Below are positions 1 through 8,720 of a stretch of 64,000 nt of DNA, in pieces. The notes below the pieces were generated by a model. The model was not told where the DNA came from. It saw only the letters and a list, made by a program, of their open reading frames with translations, and made no database searches. The translations under genes and the position numbers were made by a program. How positions within the stretch are numbered: the stretch's first letter is position 1; every line of letters starts with the position of its first letter. The stretch lies in the sequence record OQ411014.1; one strand, given 5' to 3'.

Positions 1-10
1 TGATTCTTAC

Positions 11-517
11 ATGGCTAAAGCAATGGCTAAATCACAGCGTTATAACAACATGCTGAATGGTCGTAAAGCTCCTTACGGTCAGAACCACCCACACAGCCAC
101 TACGTTGGTATGGTTGCTGAACACGCTACTTTAGTACTGATGGAAGAAATCGAACAGCTTCTGAACATTGATATGAAAATCGATGCAGTGTTCCTGGACG
201 ACAAGCGTGACAAAGAATGTGATATCGTTGTGAATGGTCTGCGTATTGAAGTAAAATGCATCAAGTACGGTTCATGGGTAAAATTCGGCCCTTGCATTAC
301 TGCCGCTCAACGTAAGAACATTGAACGCAAAGCTGATGTAGTACTGTGGGCTGTATACAACGAACGTAAACAATCCTTTACGTTTGAAGGTTTCAACCGT
401 GTAGAAGACATTGCTAACATCCCAACTGAAATGACTGGTGTCCAAGGTCGTGAGAAGATCGAAAACCATCCAGTAATGAGTATCATCAAACCTTTACAGG
501 AGATGCAATTTTGCTAA
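11..517 (+). CDS. Hypothetical protein, possible PD-(D/E)xK nuclease fold
   Basis: 168-aa ORF; motif CDIVVNGLRIEVK fits D...E-x-K; close to window edge. Confidence 0.45.
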   Translation: MAKAMAKSQRYNNMLNGRKAPYGQNHPHSHYVGMVAEHATLVLMEEIEQLLNIDMKIDAVFLDDKRDKECDIVVNGLRIEVKCIKYGSWVKFGPCITAAQRKNIERKADVVLWAVYNERKQSFTFEGFNRVEDIANIPTEMTGVQGREKIENHPVMSIIKPLQEMQFC

Positions 518-720
518 AATATTTCTTACACTTCGAAGATGATGATGAGTTTATTGTGGTACGTGAATTTACATTACCACATAAACCACAGAAAGGTGAT
601 TTCATTACAATTGGAACTGAATACCATTCAGTACAATATGTAGTTCAAGAAGTCGATACGTTCCTTGATATTGAAAGTGCAGCGTATAGTGTGAATGTTC
701 ATTTGGAAAAACGAAAATAA
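511..720 (+). CDS. Hypothetical protein
   Basis: 69 aa, overlaps upstream stop and abuts next start. Confidence 0.6.
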   Translation: MLKYFLHFEDDDEFIVVREFTLPHKPQKGDFITIGTEYHSVQYVVQEVDTFLDIESAAYSVNVHLEKRK

Positions 721-1067
721 TGAAAATTGTATCAGTACTGGCTGGGTTGATTTTATGTAGTACTCAAGTATTGGCTAGTACAGTCGATACTGATGTGAAT
801 TATAAGAAAGAGTACAAGACTGGTATTGCATCTGACCCATCATATTGTATTGGTTATGCGGATGCAAAGATGTTCCAGACAGGGAATCAGCAGTACTACG
901 AATGGATGAAACAATGGTACGAGGATCAAACTAGTAATACTGATTTGGTCATGAAGCCATTCAATCATCGTTCGTACGTTAACGGTACTGAAATGAATAA
1001 TAACGATTTGACCGTTGAATGTGTAATGGAATTTGATTTCATTATCACTGACGAGGTACAACAGTGA
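720..1067 (+). CDS. Exported hypothetical protein
   Basis: Signal-peptide-like N-terminus MKIVSVLAGLILCSTQVLA. Confidence 0.7.
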   Translation: MKIVSVLAGLILCSTQVLASTVDTDVNYKKEYKTGIASDPSYCIGYADAKMFQTGNQQYYEWMKQWYEDQTSNTDLVMKPFNHRSYVNGTEMNNNDLTVECVMEFDFIITDEVQQ

Positions 1068-1073
1068 GGCTCT

Positions 1074-1538
1074 ATGAGTGTATTTGATTTGGTATCTAGT
1101 ATTTCGTGGATTGAAGTAATAATCTTTATTGTACTTAGTGCAGTACTGTTCATGTTCATGTTCAACGATGATTACACGTACTGTAAAAAGATTCATAAAG
1201 CATGTGCAGAACCAGTATGGAAATCATTTTGGTATATGCAGTTCATCCCGAATAAGTTCATACGACCGTTTGAAAGCTGGTGTGATGTTTCAACCAGAAC
1301 AGTCCCCACGATTGAAACGATTTTATCTCTCTATGAAGATAATCGAGATTCGTTGATTATCAAACTTATACCTACATTAGATGATGATACAATCGAATTC
1401 ATATGCAAGAGATTACCATCCGTATCAATTAGGGTTAGTAACAAAATGGTTGTGAACTACAGGACTGAGCATGTGATTCCACCACGAGTTCTTGTGGGTT
1501 TGTTGAATATGTACGAAATAGAACGAAAGAAAATCTAG
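1074..1538 (+). CDS. Membrane-anchored hypothetical protein
   Basis: N-terminal hydrophobic helix; GAGG RBS. Confidence 0.7.
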   Translation: MSVFDLVSSISWIEVIIFIVLSAVLFMFMFNDDYTYCKKIHKACAEPVWKSFWYMQFIPNKFIRPFESWCDVSTRTVPTIETILSLYEDNRDSLIIKLIPTLDDDTIEFICKRLPSVSIRVSNKMVVNYRTEHVIPPRVLVGLLNMYEIERKKI

Positions 1539-1595
1539 ACATATACTTTGAGTGTGTTATAATACAGTCATCAAATAACAAGAAGAGAGGTTTAT

Positions 1596-2045
1596 ATGAA
1601 CGTACTAGGAACGAAGTTCAGTACTGCAATGGGTGCACGTAATGGTTGGTTTACTATCAATGAAGTACTGGACGATACTTTCAAACATTACACGTTCAAT
1701 CAGTGCCTAAAACTCAAAGTAACTCCAGAAACTAAAGATGACATGAACTTCATCGAGTGGGTTATGTATTGGGAAGGTTCACCCGTTGCAGTGCATTTAC
1801 ACGTTCTAACTACAGTATTGAGTACTGGTTATGTGAAAGCAACTGTCATCTCTAAGCGTCATGTATTCACTGATGAAATTGGTGAATTCCCAGGTAAACA
1901 AGCAATCATTGATGGTTACATGATTGATGGGAAATTCATGGATAAGAAGGGTGCAGAGGCATATCATACTCGTAAGCTAATGAACGGGAACTTCCGTCCA
2001 GCAGCTAAGATCCCTGATGCAGTCATTCAACCTAAACGTAAGTAA
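1596..2045 (+). CDS. Hypothetical protein
   Basis: 149 aa; GAGG RBS; upstream TAGACA-16-TATAAT promoter at 1536-1563. Confidence 0.8.
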   Translation: MNVLGTKFSTAMGARNGWFTINEVLDDTFKHYTFNQCLKLKVTPETKDDMNFIEWVMYWEGSPVAVHLHVLTTVLSTGYVKATVISKRHVFTDEIGEFPGKQAIIDGYMIDGKFMDKKGAEAYHTRKLMNGNFRPAAKIPDAVIQPKRK

Positions 2046-2094
2046 TGTAGTCCCTCCTTAACTGGGGGGATTTAAACACATAAGGACAAAATAA

Positions 2095-2520
2095 ATGTTC
2101 AAATATTGTTTCCGTACGTATGTAGTACTGTTCTTAGTACCAGCACTGTACTTGATTACTGCACAACTTAGTAAAATCTTCGAAAGTCTTAGCTTTTTGA
2201 ATTTTACTGCACCAGAACAGTACAAAATTCTATTGACAATAATGTACGTTTTTTCTTTCATATTGTCAGTACTGATCATTTTCAATTCAGGATGTGACTA
2301 CCGAGAGTTTCATATTTTCAGAAACTTCAAGAACGTAACGTACTCAAAGTTCTGGAGTTATATACTCGCAGTCCCTGTTGTATTGAATTTCCATATTGAG
2401 GGCTTCTCGTTCACAACTTTTATGCTCTTCATTGAACCAATTGCAATCTATATGTACATCCATCAACATAACCGATTCGTATTGAGTCATAATCTAGTCC
2501 ACGTAGAGGAACAACCATGA
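2095..2520 (+). CDS. Multi-pass membrane protein
   Basis: About 4 hydrophobic segments; AAGGA RBS. Confidence 0.7.
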   Translation: MFKYCFRTYVVLFLVPALYLITAQLSKIFESLSFLNFTAPEQYKILLTIMYVFSFILSVLIIFNSGCDYREFHIFRNFKNVTYSKFWSYILAVPVVLNFHIEGFSFTTFMLFIEPIAIYMYIHQHNRFVLSHNLVHVEEQP

Positions 2521-3014
2521 ATACGTATATCAGTGGGTTTTACAAGTACTACCTATCGTTCATAACTATATTTGCTATTCTGTTATTGAATGAAACAGAA
2601 CAATTTGGATCAAAATTCCTATCAGAAGGACTAGGAATCTTCCTTCAGGTTATCTTTGCACTGATGGCTGCTATATCAATGCCAGTACTGATCTATGGTA
2701 TTCATCTTGTTGCGAGCGATGACCAGGATAGTAAGGACTCGTGTATCCGTGAGTACTGCCAAGCAGCAAAATACAGTACTATAAGTTCTATGATACCGTT
2801 TAGTCTAATTATTGTGTCCATCGCTATGTTCCAATGGAATCTGTGGTTCTTGGGTACGTTTGGATTTATTATGGGTTGTAGTATGTACGTGTATACTAAA
2901 GTACTATACAGAGGTGAGAAACTATTCACTGAAATGGAAGCCCGTAAAGGAACCAAAGCACCAGTTCAACGAGAAGAGCGAGATTATTTCGCACCAGACG
3001 ATGAGTTACCTTGA
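2517..3014 (+). CDS. Multi-pass membrane protein
   Basis: About 4 hydrophobic segments; ATGA overlap with upstream gene. Confidence 0.75.
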   Translation: MNTYISGFYKYYLSFITIFAILLLNETEQFGSKFLSEGLGIFLQVIFALMAAISMPVLIYGIHLVASDDQDSKDSCIREYCQAAKYSTISSMIPFSLIIVSIAMFQWNLWFLGTFGFIMGCSMYVYTKVLYRGEKLFTEMEARKGTKAPVQREERDYFAPDDELP

Positions 3015-3074
3015 CACGTACCTGAAGAGTAGCTATAATACTTTCATTGAAGCGAAACTAACAAAGGAAACATA

Positions 3075-3329
3075 ATGGATACCGTACAGATTGAATCTTT
3101 GACTTCACTTGTTCTTGATAATGTAAAAGCTGAAGAAGAAATTTCAGTACAAATCAAAGCAGAGTATCAGTGCATTACTGAAAAGCTCCAAGATGCGAAG
3201 TACACTGTAACGAAAGAAATTGAAGAGCATTATAAGAACATTGAACGTCTGTTCCGTGTCAAGCAAGAACACATTGTTCGTCAGAATAACGCTAAGACTG
3301 CAATCAATAAACTTCTGGGAATCGCATAA
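3075..3329 (+). CDS. Coiled-coil hypothetical protein
   Basis: 84 aa, heptad-like charged pattern; AAGGA RBS. Confidence 0.75.
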   Translation: MDTVQIESLTSLVLDNVKAEEEISVQIKAEYQCITEKLQDAKYTVTKEIEEHYKNIERLFRVKQEHIVRQNNAKTAINKLLGIA

Positions 3330-3808
3330 TGAAAAACGTACAACAATACATTCAGAACTTCACCGCATATCCAGTATCAGTAATGTTCGGACATATCGAT
3401 ACACCTACTCCTAAGCAGAAGAAAGCGGAGAAACGTGTAGCAGAAATCTGTGAAGAACTGTATCGTTTTGATTGTACAGTACTATCAGATGTGCGAGCAG
3501 CATTCCGCGAGTTAGATGTTCTTATCTCCTTGAGTGATGATAAGTTCCGCATCAAGCAAGTGCGTCTAACTCGTATGACTGGTCGTTTGGCATATTTTGT
3601 TGACAAAGCGGTTGTAATGCTCGATAATATGCACAAGAAAGACCAGCAACTTCAGCAGTACTGGCAACCGCTGTCAATGAAAGCTAAAGTACTGAAGGAT
3701 GAAATCAAATCATTCCTTATCCAGTACGATACTTCAGTTGATAAGATTGTATTACTGTCTGAATTTGACAATGCATACAAAGAAGCCCAAGAGGAAGATA
3801 AGAAATGA
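3329..3808 (+). CDS. Hypothetical protein
   Basis: 159 aa, coupled start/stop. Confidence 0.75.
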   Translation: MKNVQQYIQNFTAYPVSVMFGHIDTPTPKQKKAEKRVAEICEELYRFDCTVLSDVRAAFRELDVLISLSDDKFRIKQVRLTRMTGRLAYFVDKAVVMLDNMHKKDQQLQQYWQPLSMKAKVLKDEIKSFLIQYDTSVDKIVLLSEFDNAYKEAQEEDKK

Positions 3809-4305
3809 CAACTGTTTTCGTGAGTAAAGAATTAGGAATTGCTATTACTGACTCACGAGCCACGTTTCAAGAGTCCAGGAAGTTTCTTGGGCTTTTTAAC
3901 TTGACTCCATTACCATCGTATAAAGTTGTGAATCAAAAGGCTTTGTATGTTCATGACCGTTTATTCTTAGCATGTGGAAGTGTAGATACTATTGATAAAG
4001 TATTGCAATATTTCATCGACGGTACTAAGTTCAAGATAAACAAGAAAACTCCAAGCTGTGAGTGTCTTCTTCTTGGTAAAGAATACGGTGTACACTTGTA
4101 CGTGTGGAATGGTAAGATTCATAAGAAGACTATCTTCTTGGCGTATAATTTTGTACACTTCATGGGGTCTGGTAGTTCTGCCCTACTCAGAAAGTACTAC
4201 AAGACTTTAGAACGTAATACACCAGATGAAGTTATTGATATTTTCAAGACTGTACATTTGGATGATAGCTTCACTGACGATAACGTAAATTTATACAGAA
4301 TCTAG
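3805..4305 (+). CDS. HslV/proteasome-beta-like Ntn hydrolase
   Basis: N-terminal MTT, then TDSRAT, ACGS and MGSGS motifs in HslV-like order. Confidence 0.55.
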   Translation: MTTVFVSKELGIAITDSRATFQESRKFLGLFNLTPLPSYKVVNQKALYVHDRLFLACGSVDTIDKVLQYFIDGTKFKINKKTPSCECLLLGKEYGVHLYVWNGKIHKKTIFLAYNFVHFMGSGSSALLRKYYKTLERNTPDEVIDIFKTVHLDDSFTDDNVNLYRI

Positions 4306-4334
4306 TTGACAGTCTAAAAGAGATATCATATAAT
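4306..4334 (+). promoter_or_regulatory. Sigma70 promoter
   Basis: TTGACA-17 bp-TATAAT, perfect consensus. Confidence 0.85.
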
Positions 4335-4364
4335 CATTGCATACCACAACGAGAGAGAAACAAA

Positions 4365-4511
4365 ATGAGTACATTCATCGTAGAATATGTTCTGACTGGT
4401 CAAAGCATCTGGCAGGTACAAATGGTAAAAGCATGTAATAAAGAGCAAGCCCAGAGCACGCTCAAGAAAATGATTTCTGGTGTAGTAACCACCAAAGCAT
4501 ACCCAGCATAA
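4365..4511 (+). CDS. Small hypothetical protein (48 aa; not in ORF track)
   Basis: MSTFIVEYVLTG...; between a consensus promoter and a terminator, with GAGAG RBS. Confidence 0.7.
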   Translation: MSTFIVEYVLTGQSIWQVQMVKACNKEQAQSTLKKMISGVVTTKAYPA

Positions 4512-4525
4512 TTTAGAGCTATAAT

Positions 4526-4554
4526 GAATCCGCTCTGTGCGGATTCTTTTTTTT
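4526..4554 (+). terminator. Rho-independent terminator
   Basis: GAATCCGC/GCGGATTC stem plus T8. Confidence 0.85.
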
Positions 4555-4573
4555 AATATCAAAGGAGAAAGTA

Positions 4574-5566
4574 ATGACTGTAAAACAACTCAATCTAGAA
4601 TCTATTCAAGACGATATCATGGATGAATGTTTTGTAAATGAAAACAATACGTTCGAGCGTATTAGTGAACAGTCACATGACAGTACTGAAGAAGTAGAAG
4701 AAAGTACTGATGACGTAGGTTCTTTCAAGACTTACAACACATCTAGCGTTTTACCAGAAGGTGAGACGAATGAATCTATTATTCGTTTAATCCGTGACGG
4801 TATCAATGTGAAGCGTAACATTGACCTTATCGTACGTAACAACGTAGGCTTAGTATATAGCCAAGCACGTCAGTGTACTTGTAATATCCCATTCCAAGAT
4901 AAAGCACAGTACGCTTTTGAAGGTCTAATGCGTGCAATCCATCGTTATGATGTGAATCAGAATATTCTTTTCAGTACTTACGCTACTGTGTCTATTCGCC
5001 AAACACTCTATAACTTTGGTAATGATGAAGTTCGTCTAATCAGTATTCCACGTCACTTGTCAGTGGATAACATCAAGATTCAGAACTACATTGAGAAGCA
5101 TCGTTCTAAGTTCGGTCGTACCCCAAGTGAAGATGAAATCAGTACTGCTACTGGCATCAAGTTATCCGCAGTGAAACGTGTAGTGCAGTACATGAACAGT
5201 AAGCCAATGAGTTTCGATACTCCAATGGGTTCTGACAGTACTGAAAACGATATGAGCTTAGTGGATGTAATCCCAGGAACTTCCAATGATTACACACTAA
5301 GTGCAGATACAGTTCAGAAAGCACCACTAGATGTAATTGCATTGGTCATGTCTGAACTACCAGAAGAAGAGCAGTTGCTGATCAATAAGATTCACGGCTT
5401 GAATGGACATGAAGAAAGTACTTTTATTGCTCTAGAGACTGCTGGATTGGTAGATGCGAAGGGTAAGAAGCTAACTAACCGTTGCACTATTCATCGTCGT
5501 TACAATGCAATACTGGATAAGATTCGTAATATTCTAAAAGCACGTGACATTTCATTCGATGACTGA
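4574..5566 (+). CDS. Phage-encoded sigma70-family RNA polymerase sigma factor
   Basis: Region 2 (NVGLV...EGLMRAIHRYD...FSTYATVSIRQ...ISIPRHL), region 3 (GRTPSEDEIS...SFDTPMG) and a divergent region 4. Confidence 0.88.
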   Translation: MTVKQLNLESIQDDIMDECFVNENNTFERISEQSHDSTEEVEESTDDVGSFKTYNTSSVLPEGETNESIIRLIRDGINVKRNIDLIVRNNVGLVYSQARQCTCNIPFQDKAQYAFEGLMRAIHRYDVNQNILFSTYATVSIRQTLYNFGNDEVRLISIPRHLSVDNIKIQNYIEKHRSKFGRTPSEDEISTATGIKLSAVKRVVQYMNSKPMSFDTPMGSDSTENDMSLVDVIPGTSNDYTLSADTVQKAPLDVIALVMSELPEEEQLLINKIHGLNGHEESTFIALETAGLVDAKGKKLTNRCTIHRRYNAILDKIRNILKARDISFDD

Positions 5567-5726
5567 TATGATTCGTTACAAGGCAAACAAAGTACAAGGA
5601 ACTGCTGTTGTAGTTTTCTTGTACTGGACTGAGAATCCGGTCTATGTTCTGGCAGAGAACAGTACTGTATCGCTGTCGGAGTTCATTGATATAGCAATTG
5701 AAGAATTCAAATCATTAGAGGAATAA
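5559..5726 (+). CDS. Small hypothetical protein
   Basis: ATG overlaps the sigma stop; start moved from 5544. Confidence 0.55.
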   Translation: MTDMIRYKANKVQGTAVVVFLYWTENPVYVLAENSTVSLSEFIDIAIEEFKSLEE

Positions 5727-5730
5727 TACT

Positions 5731-6102
5731 ATGTTGCACAAAGTTGAAGGTTCAAAGCACAATTGGATTGACGAATACGATATCTATGTTGGGTATGATA
5801 CTTCCCCGTGTTGTTGTGAATATGCGGATTACTTCTTGAGTTATGAGATTGAGAGGAATGGAGTACCAGACGAAGAACTAATTGATAAAAGTACTTTCAA
5901 ATGGGAAGAATACGACTTCTATCCATTCGCATCTGCACTGATCGAAAACGTCCCAGGACTTGATGAAGGTGCTATTGCGATGTTCCCAATGATCCACAAA
6001 ACGACTTCCCGTATGGTGTACTTGCACTTGTTTAACGCTCACAATGGTTATTACAGCCACGGGTTCGAAAGCAATACATTCATTGGTAACGGTTCTTTAT
6101 AA
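5731..6102 (+). CDS. Hypothetical acidic protein
   Basis: 123 aa; GAGG RBS; GYD...CCE motif. Confidence 0.75.
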   Translation: MLHKVEGSKHNWIDEYDIYVGYDTSPCCCEYADYFLSYEIERNGVPDEELIDKSTFKWEEYDFYPFASALIENVPGLDEGAIAMFPMIHKTTSRMVYLHLFNAHNGYYSHGFESNTFIGNGSL

Positions 6103-6111
6103 GGAATTTTT

Positions 6112-6285
6112 GTGAAAACTAAAAACTCAAAATCTTTAGGTACATATGTGAATGGTAATCGCTATGCGAAAATCAGTACATGTATTGATTGCAGTACTGG
6201 AAATACTTTATACTATTACTGTATTCCTGGTGAGCGGGTGTATATCAGTTCAGAAGAATTCAAGAATGAATGGGTAAAAAACTAA
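6112..6285 (+). CDS. Small hypothetical protein (57 aa, GTG start; not in ORF track)
   Basis: AAGGA RBS; fills the gap up to the terminator. Confidence 0.6.
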   Translation: MKTKNSKSLGTYVNGNRYAKISTCIDCSTGNTLYYYCIPGERVYISSEEFKNEWVKN

Positions 6286-6290
6286 AACAA

Positions 6291-6327
6291 AATGCTTGAC
6301 TTCGGTCGAGCATTCTTTTAATATAAT
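6291..6327 (+). promoter_or_regulatory. Fused terminator/promoter element
   Basis: AATGCTTGAC-TTCG-GTCGAGCATT stem and T-run; TTGACT with downstream -10-like hexamers. Confidence 0.7.
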
Positions 6328-6364
6328 TGCATCAACTACACTACTACACTTGAGGATAACAATC

Positions 6365-6805
6365 ATGGCTTGGATTCACAGCAATCATTCTGAACTGAAC
6401 AATTTCGATATCTTTGCATTCGTGAACATGCAAGAGAAGATCTTCATCAAAGGACGTCTCTGCACGCTCTCTGACGGCTCACGGGCCATCTGTAACATGA
6501 ACAACAAGGGTGAAGTACTGGATATCGTTGCTCTTCCTGCGTGGGCTACTGTGCAGCCTGAAGAGGCACTTATGCGTCTACTCTTTGAAGAGATTGGTAA
6601 ACTTCCAGGTACTGATGTGGAGAACAAACTCTTCAACATCAAACACTCCAAGTACAGTGCTGACCAATTATCTGGTTTAACTGATACAGTACTGAAAGAA
6701 GTTGTAAGTAATCAATGTAACGTAATTCTTAAGTACGTTCCTGAACTGGAACTGACTGAAGAAATGCTAGTGGAATTTGACATCAACGCTAAGGGTTCTC
6801 TATGA
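6365..6805 (+). CDS. Hypothetical protein
   Basis: True start MAWIHSNH after GAGGA RBS; ORF-track start 6296 lies inside the hairpin. Confidence 0.8.
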   Translation: MAWIHSNHSELNNFDIFAFVNMQEKIFIKGRLCTLSDGSRAICNMNNKGEVLDIVALPAWATVQPEEALMRLLFEEIGKLPGTDVENKLFNIKHSKYSADQLSGLTDTVLKEVVSNQCNVILKYVPELELTEEMLVEFDINAKGSL

Positions 6806-7164
6806 GACTAATCCTGTTACTGATTTTGTTAGTAACTGCACAGACGATACCATCTGATTCATATATCGATATAAATCCAGCACGTGAGTTCATTATTTGT
6901 ACAGACAGAGTAGACAGTACTAAAAAGATTGAAGTCCTCTTCGATTCAAGTACTCCAGAATATGTAGTGACGAACAAAGTACAGTACAAATTCATTTCTC
7001 ACGAAGTTATTGGGGATGTAGATGTACTTCAATATAAGTTCGGTTCAAAGACTATGAATTTTGAATTTATTATGCAAGGTGATAAAGTATCTTCTATTCG
7101 ATTGGAAGTACTTGGTGCTATCCCTGGTATGGAATTCATGGATGGGGAGTGTAAACTGCTATGA
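6802..7164 (+). CDS. Exported two-Cys protein
   Basis: Signal peptide; Cys near mature N-terminus and C-terminal GECKLL. Confidence 0.75.
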   Translation: MRLILLLILLVTAQTIPSDSYIDINPAREFIICTDRVDSTKKIEVLFDSSTPEYVVTNKVQYKFISHEVIGDVDVLQYKFGSKTMNFEFIMQGDKVSSIRLEVLGAIPGMEFMDGECKLL

Positions 7165-7505
7165 TTTCAGTACTGAATAGTATTAGTATTGTTGTTATGA
7201 TTTTAGCCTGTACCTACGCTATCCTAGCTGGGGTGCTCATCTTCTACAAGAAGACTAAGTTCTTGGGGTGGTTACAGATAAGTAAAACTGGCTATTGTTT
7301 TGTGTACGGAATAAGTGCCTTTTGTATATACAGGGATTTATTTTTAGGAGTACTTCCTCCTGATTTCAATGGGTACAACTTTAGTGCAGTGTTCTTATTG
7401 TTTTATATTGTACTTATTGTGCTTGGTCTTTGTATACCGTATGTACTTATAGTTGGTGTTTCAAAGGTACTTGAGTACCGTAAACGTATTCCTGATGAGG
7501 ATTGA
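7161..7505 (+). CDS. Three-TM membrane protein
   Basis: 3 hydrophobic segments; tail RKRIPDED. Confidence 0.75.
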   Translation: MISVLNSISIVVMILACTYAILAGVLIFYKKTKFLGWLQISKTGYCFVYGISAFCIYRDLFLGVLPPDFNGYNFSAVFLLFYIVLIVLGLCIPYVLIVGVSKVLEYRKRIPDED

Positions 7506-7508
7506 TAA

Positions 7509-7838
7509 ATGAAGATGGAAGACTTAGTAGAACTATTACAGCCGTACGCTACAGTACTATTTTTGATTGCTTCAATGTATACTGTTGTAACTCTAGTACT
7601 TGGATTCTTCAAGTATCGAACACTAGCTAAACGCTTAGACGAGAACTTATGGCTCTCTGTTCCTAGTATCTTTAGTGTAGCTATTAGTATTGCAAACTAT
7701 TTTATTGAAGATCGTATGTTCGCTGCTATTATGTTATTATTTGTTTTGGTTGGGGTAACATTTGTAGGTACTATCTATGCAATGTGTAAAGGATTTGTGT
7801 ACGTTCGTTCCAAGATACCAGATCCAGAACAAGAATAA
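7509..7838 (+). CDS. Three-TM membrane protein
   Basis: 3 hydrophobic segments; tail RSKIPDPEQE like the upstream gene. Confidence 0.75.
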   Translation: MKMEDLVELLQPYATVLFLIASMYTVVTLVLGFFKYRTLAKRLDENLWLSVPSIFSVAISIANYFIEDRMFAAIMLLFVLVGVTFVGTIYAMCKGFVYVRSKIPDPEQE

Positions 7839-7846
7839 TTCTAATT

Positions 7847-7874
7847 AATGCTCACTTCGGTGAGCATTTTTTTT
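7847..7874 (+). terminator. Rho-independent terminator with UUCG loop
   Basis: AATGCTCAC-TTCG-GTGAGCATT plus T-run; followed by extended -10 TGATATAAT at 7881-7889. Confidence 0.85.
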
Positions 7875-7895
7875 ATTTTGTGATATAATTAAGCT

Positions 7896-8447
7896 ATAAT
7901 CTCGATTAACCATTATGGTATAAAGAAACCTAATCCACTCGAAAATGTAGAGGGTAGATGAGTTGAGTAATCGCAACGAAGTGCAAATGAAACCCGTTAG
8001 GTGAAGGCATAGTTAGTACCTCCCACGGCGACGCGGCACTATAAATGAGCATGGTAAGATGATATTGCTCACTCGATAGACGTATAGGATGAACACCTAC
8101 CAAATATCTAAGGGAGTTCATCAAAAAGGCTGGCTATAGATCCGTCCAGAATTTGATGAACACAGTACTGAATTGACTGTATAGTTCAGTACTGAAGTGT
8201 AGTAAGACTACGACCGTTGCAGAACAGAGATAGGGAGAAACAGGGCAACCCGCTTCCGTATCGTAAGATAATTCTCTATACAGTACTCCGATGCTATCAG
8301 CGTCAGATTGTCGTCCCTCCCTTGTGGGGGGATGAAATTTCCTCAACAAATCTCGTCAGGATTGATTCAGTACTATTGATATTAAATGAATATTCAGTTA
8401 TGATACGAAGTATCTAACGAATACCAGACTTCTCATAAGAGAAGGAT
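7896..8447 (+). ncRNA. Candidate large structured non-coding RNA (~550 nt)
   Basis: No credible ORF; many stems, e.g. 8116-8125/8152-8161, 8046-8051/8066-8071, GG-GCAA-CC, TATC-GTAA-GATA, 8429-8444; own promoter. Confidence 0.6.
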
Positions 8448-8469
8448 GTGATGACCCAAAGGAGATATA

Positions 8470-8718
8470 ATGAAGATTTTCAAATTTATTGCTGCTTCAG
8501 TACTAGCACTTTCCCTAAGTGCGTGTGATCGCGTAACAGAAGAACGTTCGCATGAGTTCGCACTTCCTTCTGAGTTAGTTCAAGCAGGATGTAAGATTTA
8601 TCGTATGCGAGCTGAAAGTGGTGTAACTCTATATGCTTTGTATTGTCCTAATTCCACAACCACAACAAGCTACACCAGTGGTAAACAAACTCATCATGTC
8701 ACTACGTACAGTAACTAA
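8470..8718 (+). CDS. Lipoprotein
   Basis: Lipobox LSAC after hydrophobic leader; AAGGAG RBS. Confidence 0.8.
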   Translation: MKIFKFIAASVLALSLSACDRVTEERSHEFALPSELVQAGCKIYRMRAESGVTLYALYCPNSTTTTSYTSGKQTHHVTTYSN

Positions 8719-8720
8719 CT

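Noticed and set aside
4326-4562. Minus-strand 78-aa ORF from the ORF track
   Set aside because: It overlaps a perfect plus-strand promoter, a 48-aa plus-strand gene with RBS and a plus-strand terminator, which together explain the segment better
7896-8447. Group I intron, RNase P RNA or tmRNA identity for the large structured region
   Set aside because: AGACTAC lacks a downstream TAGTC P7 partner and there are no split exons; no GAGGAAAGTCC core or tRNA-like ends found by eye
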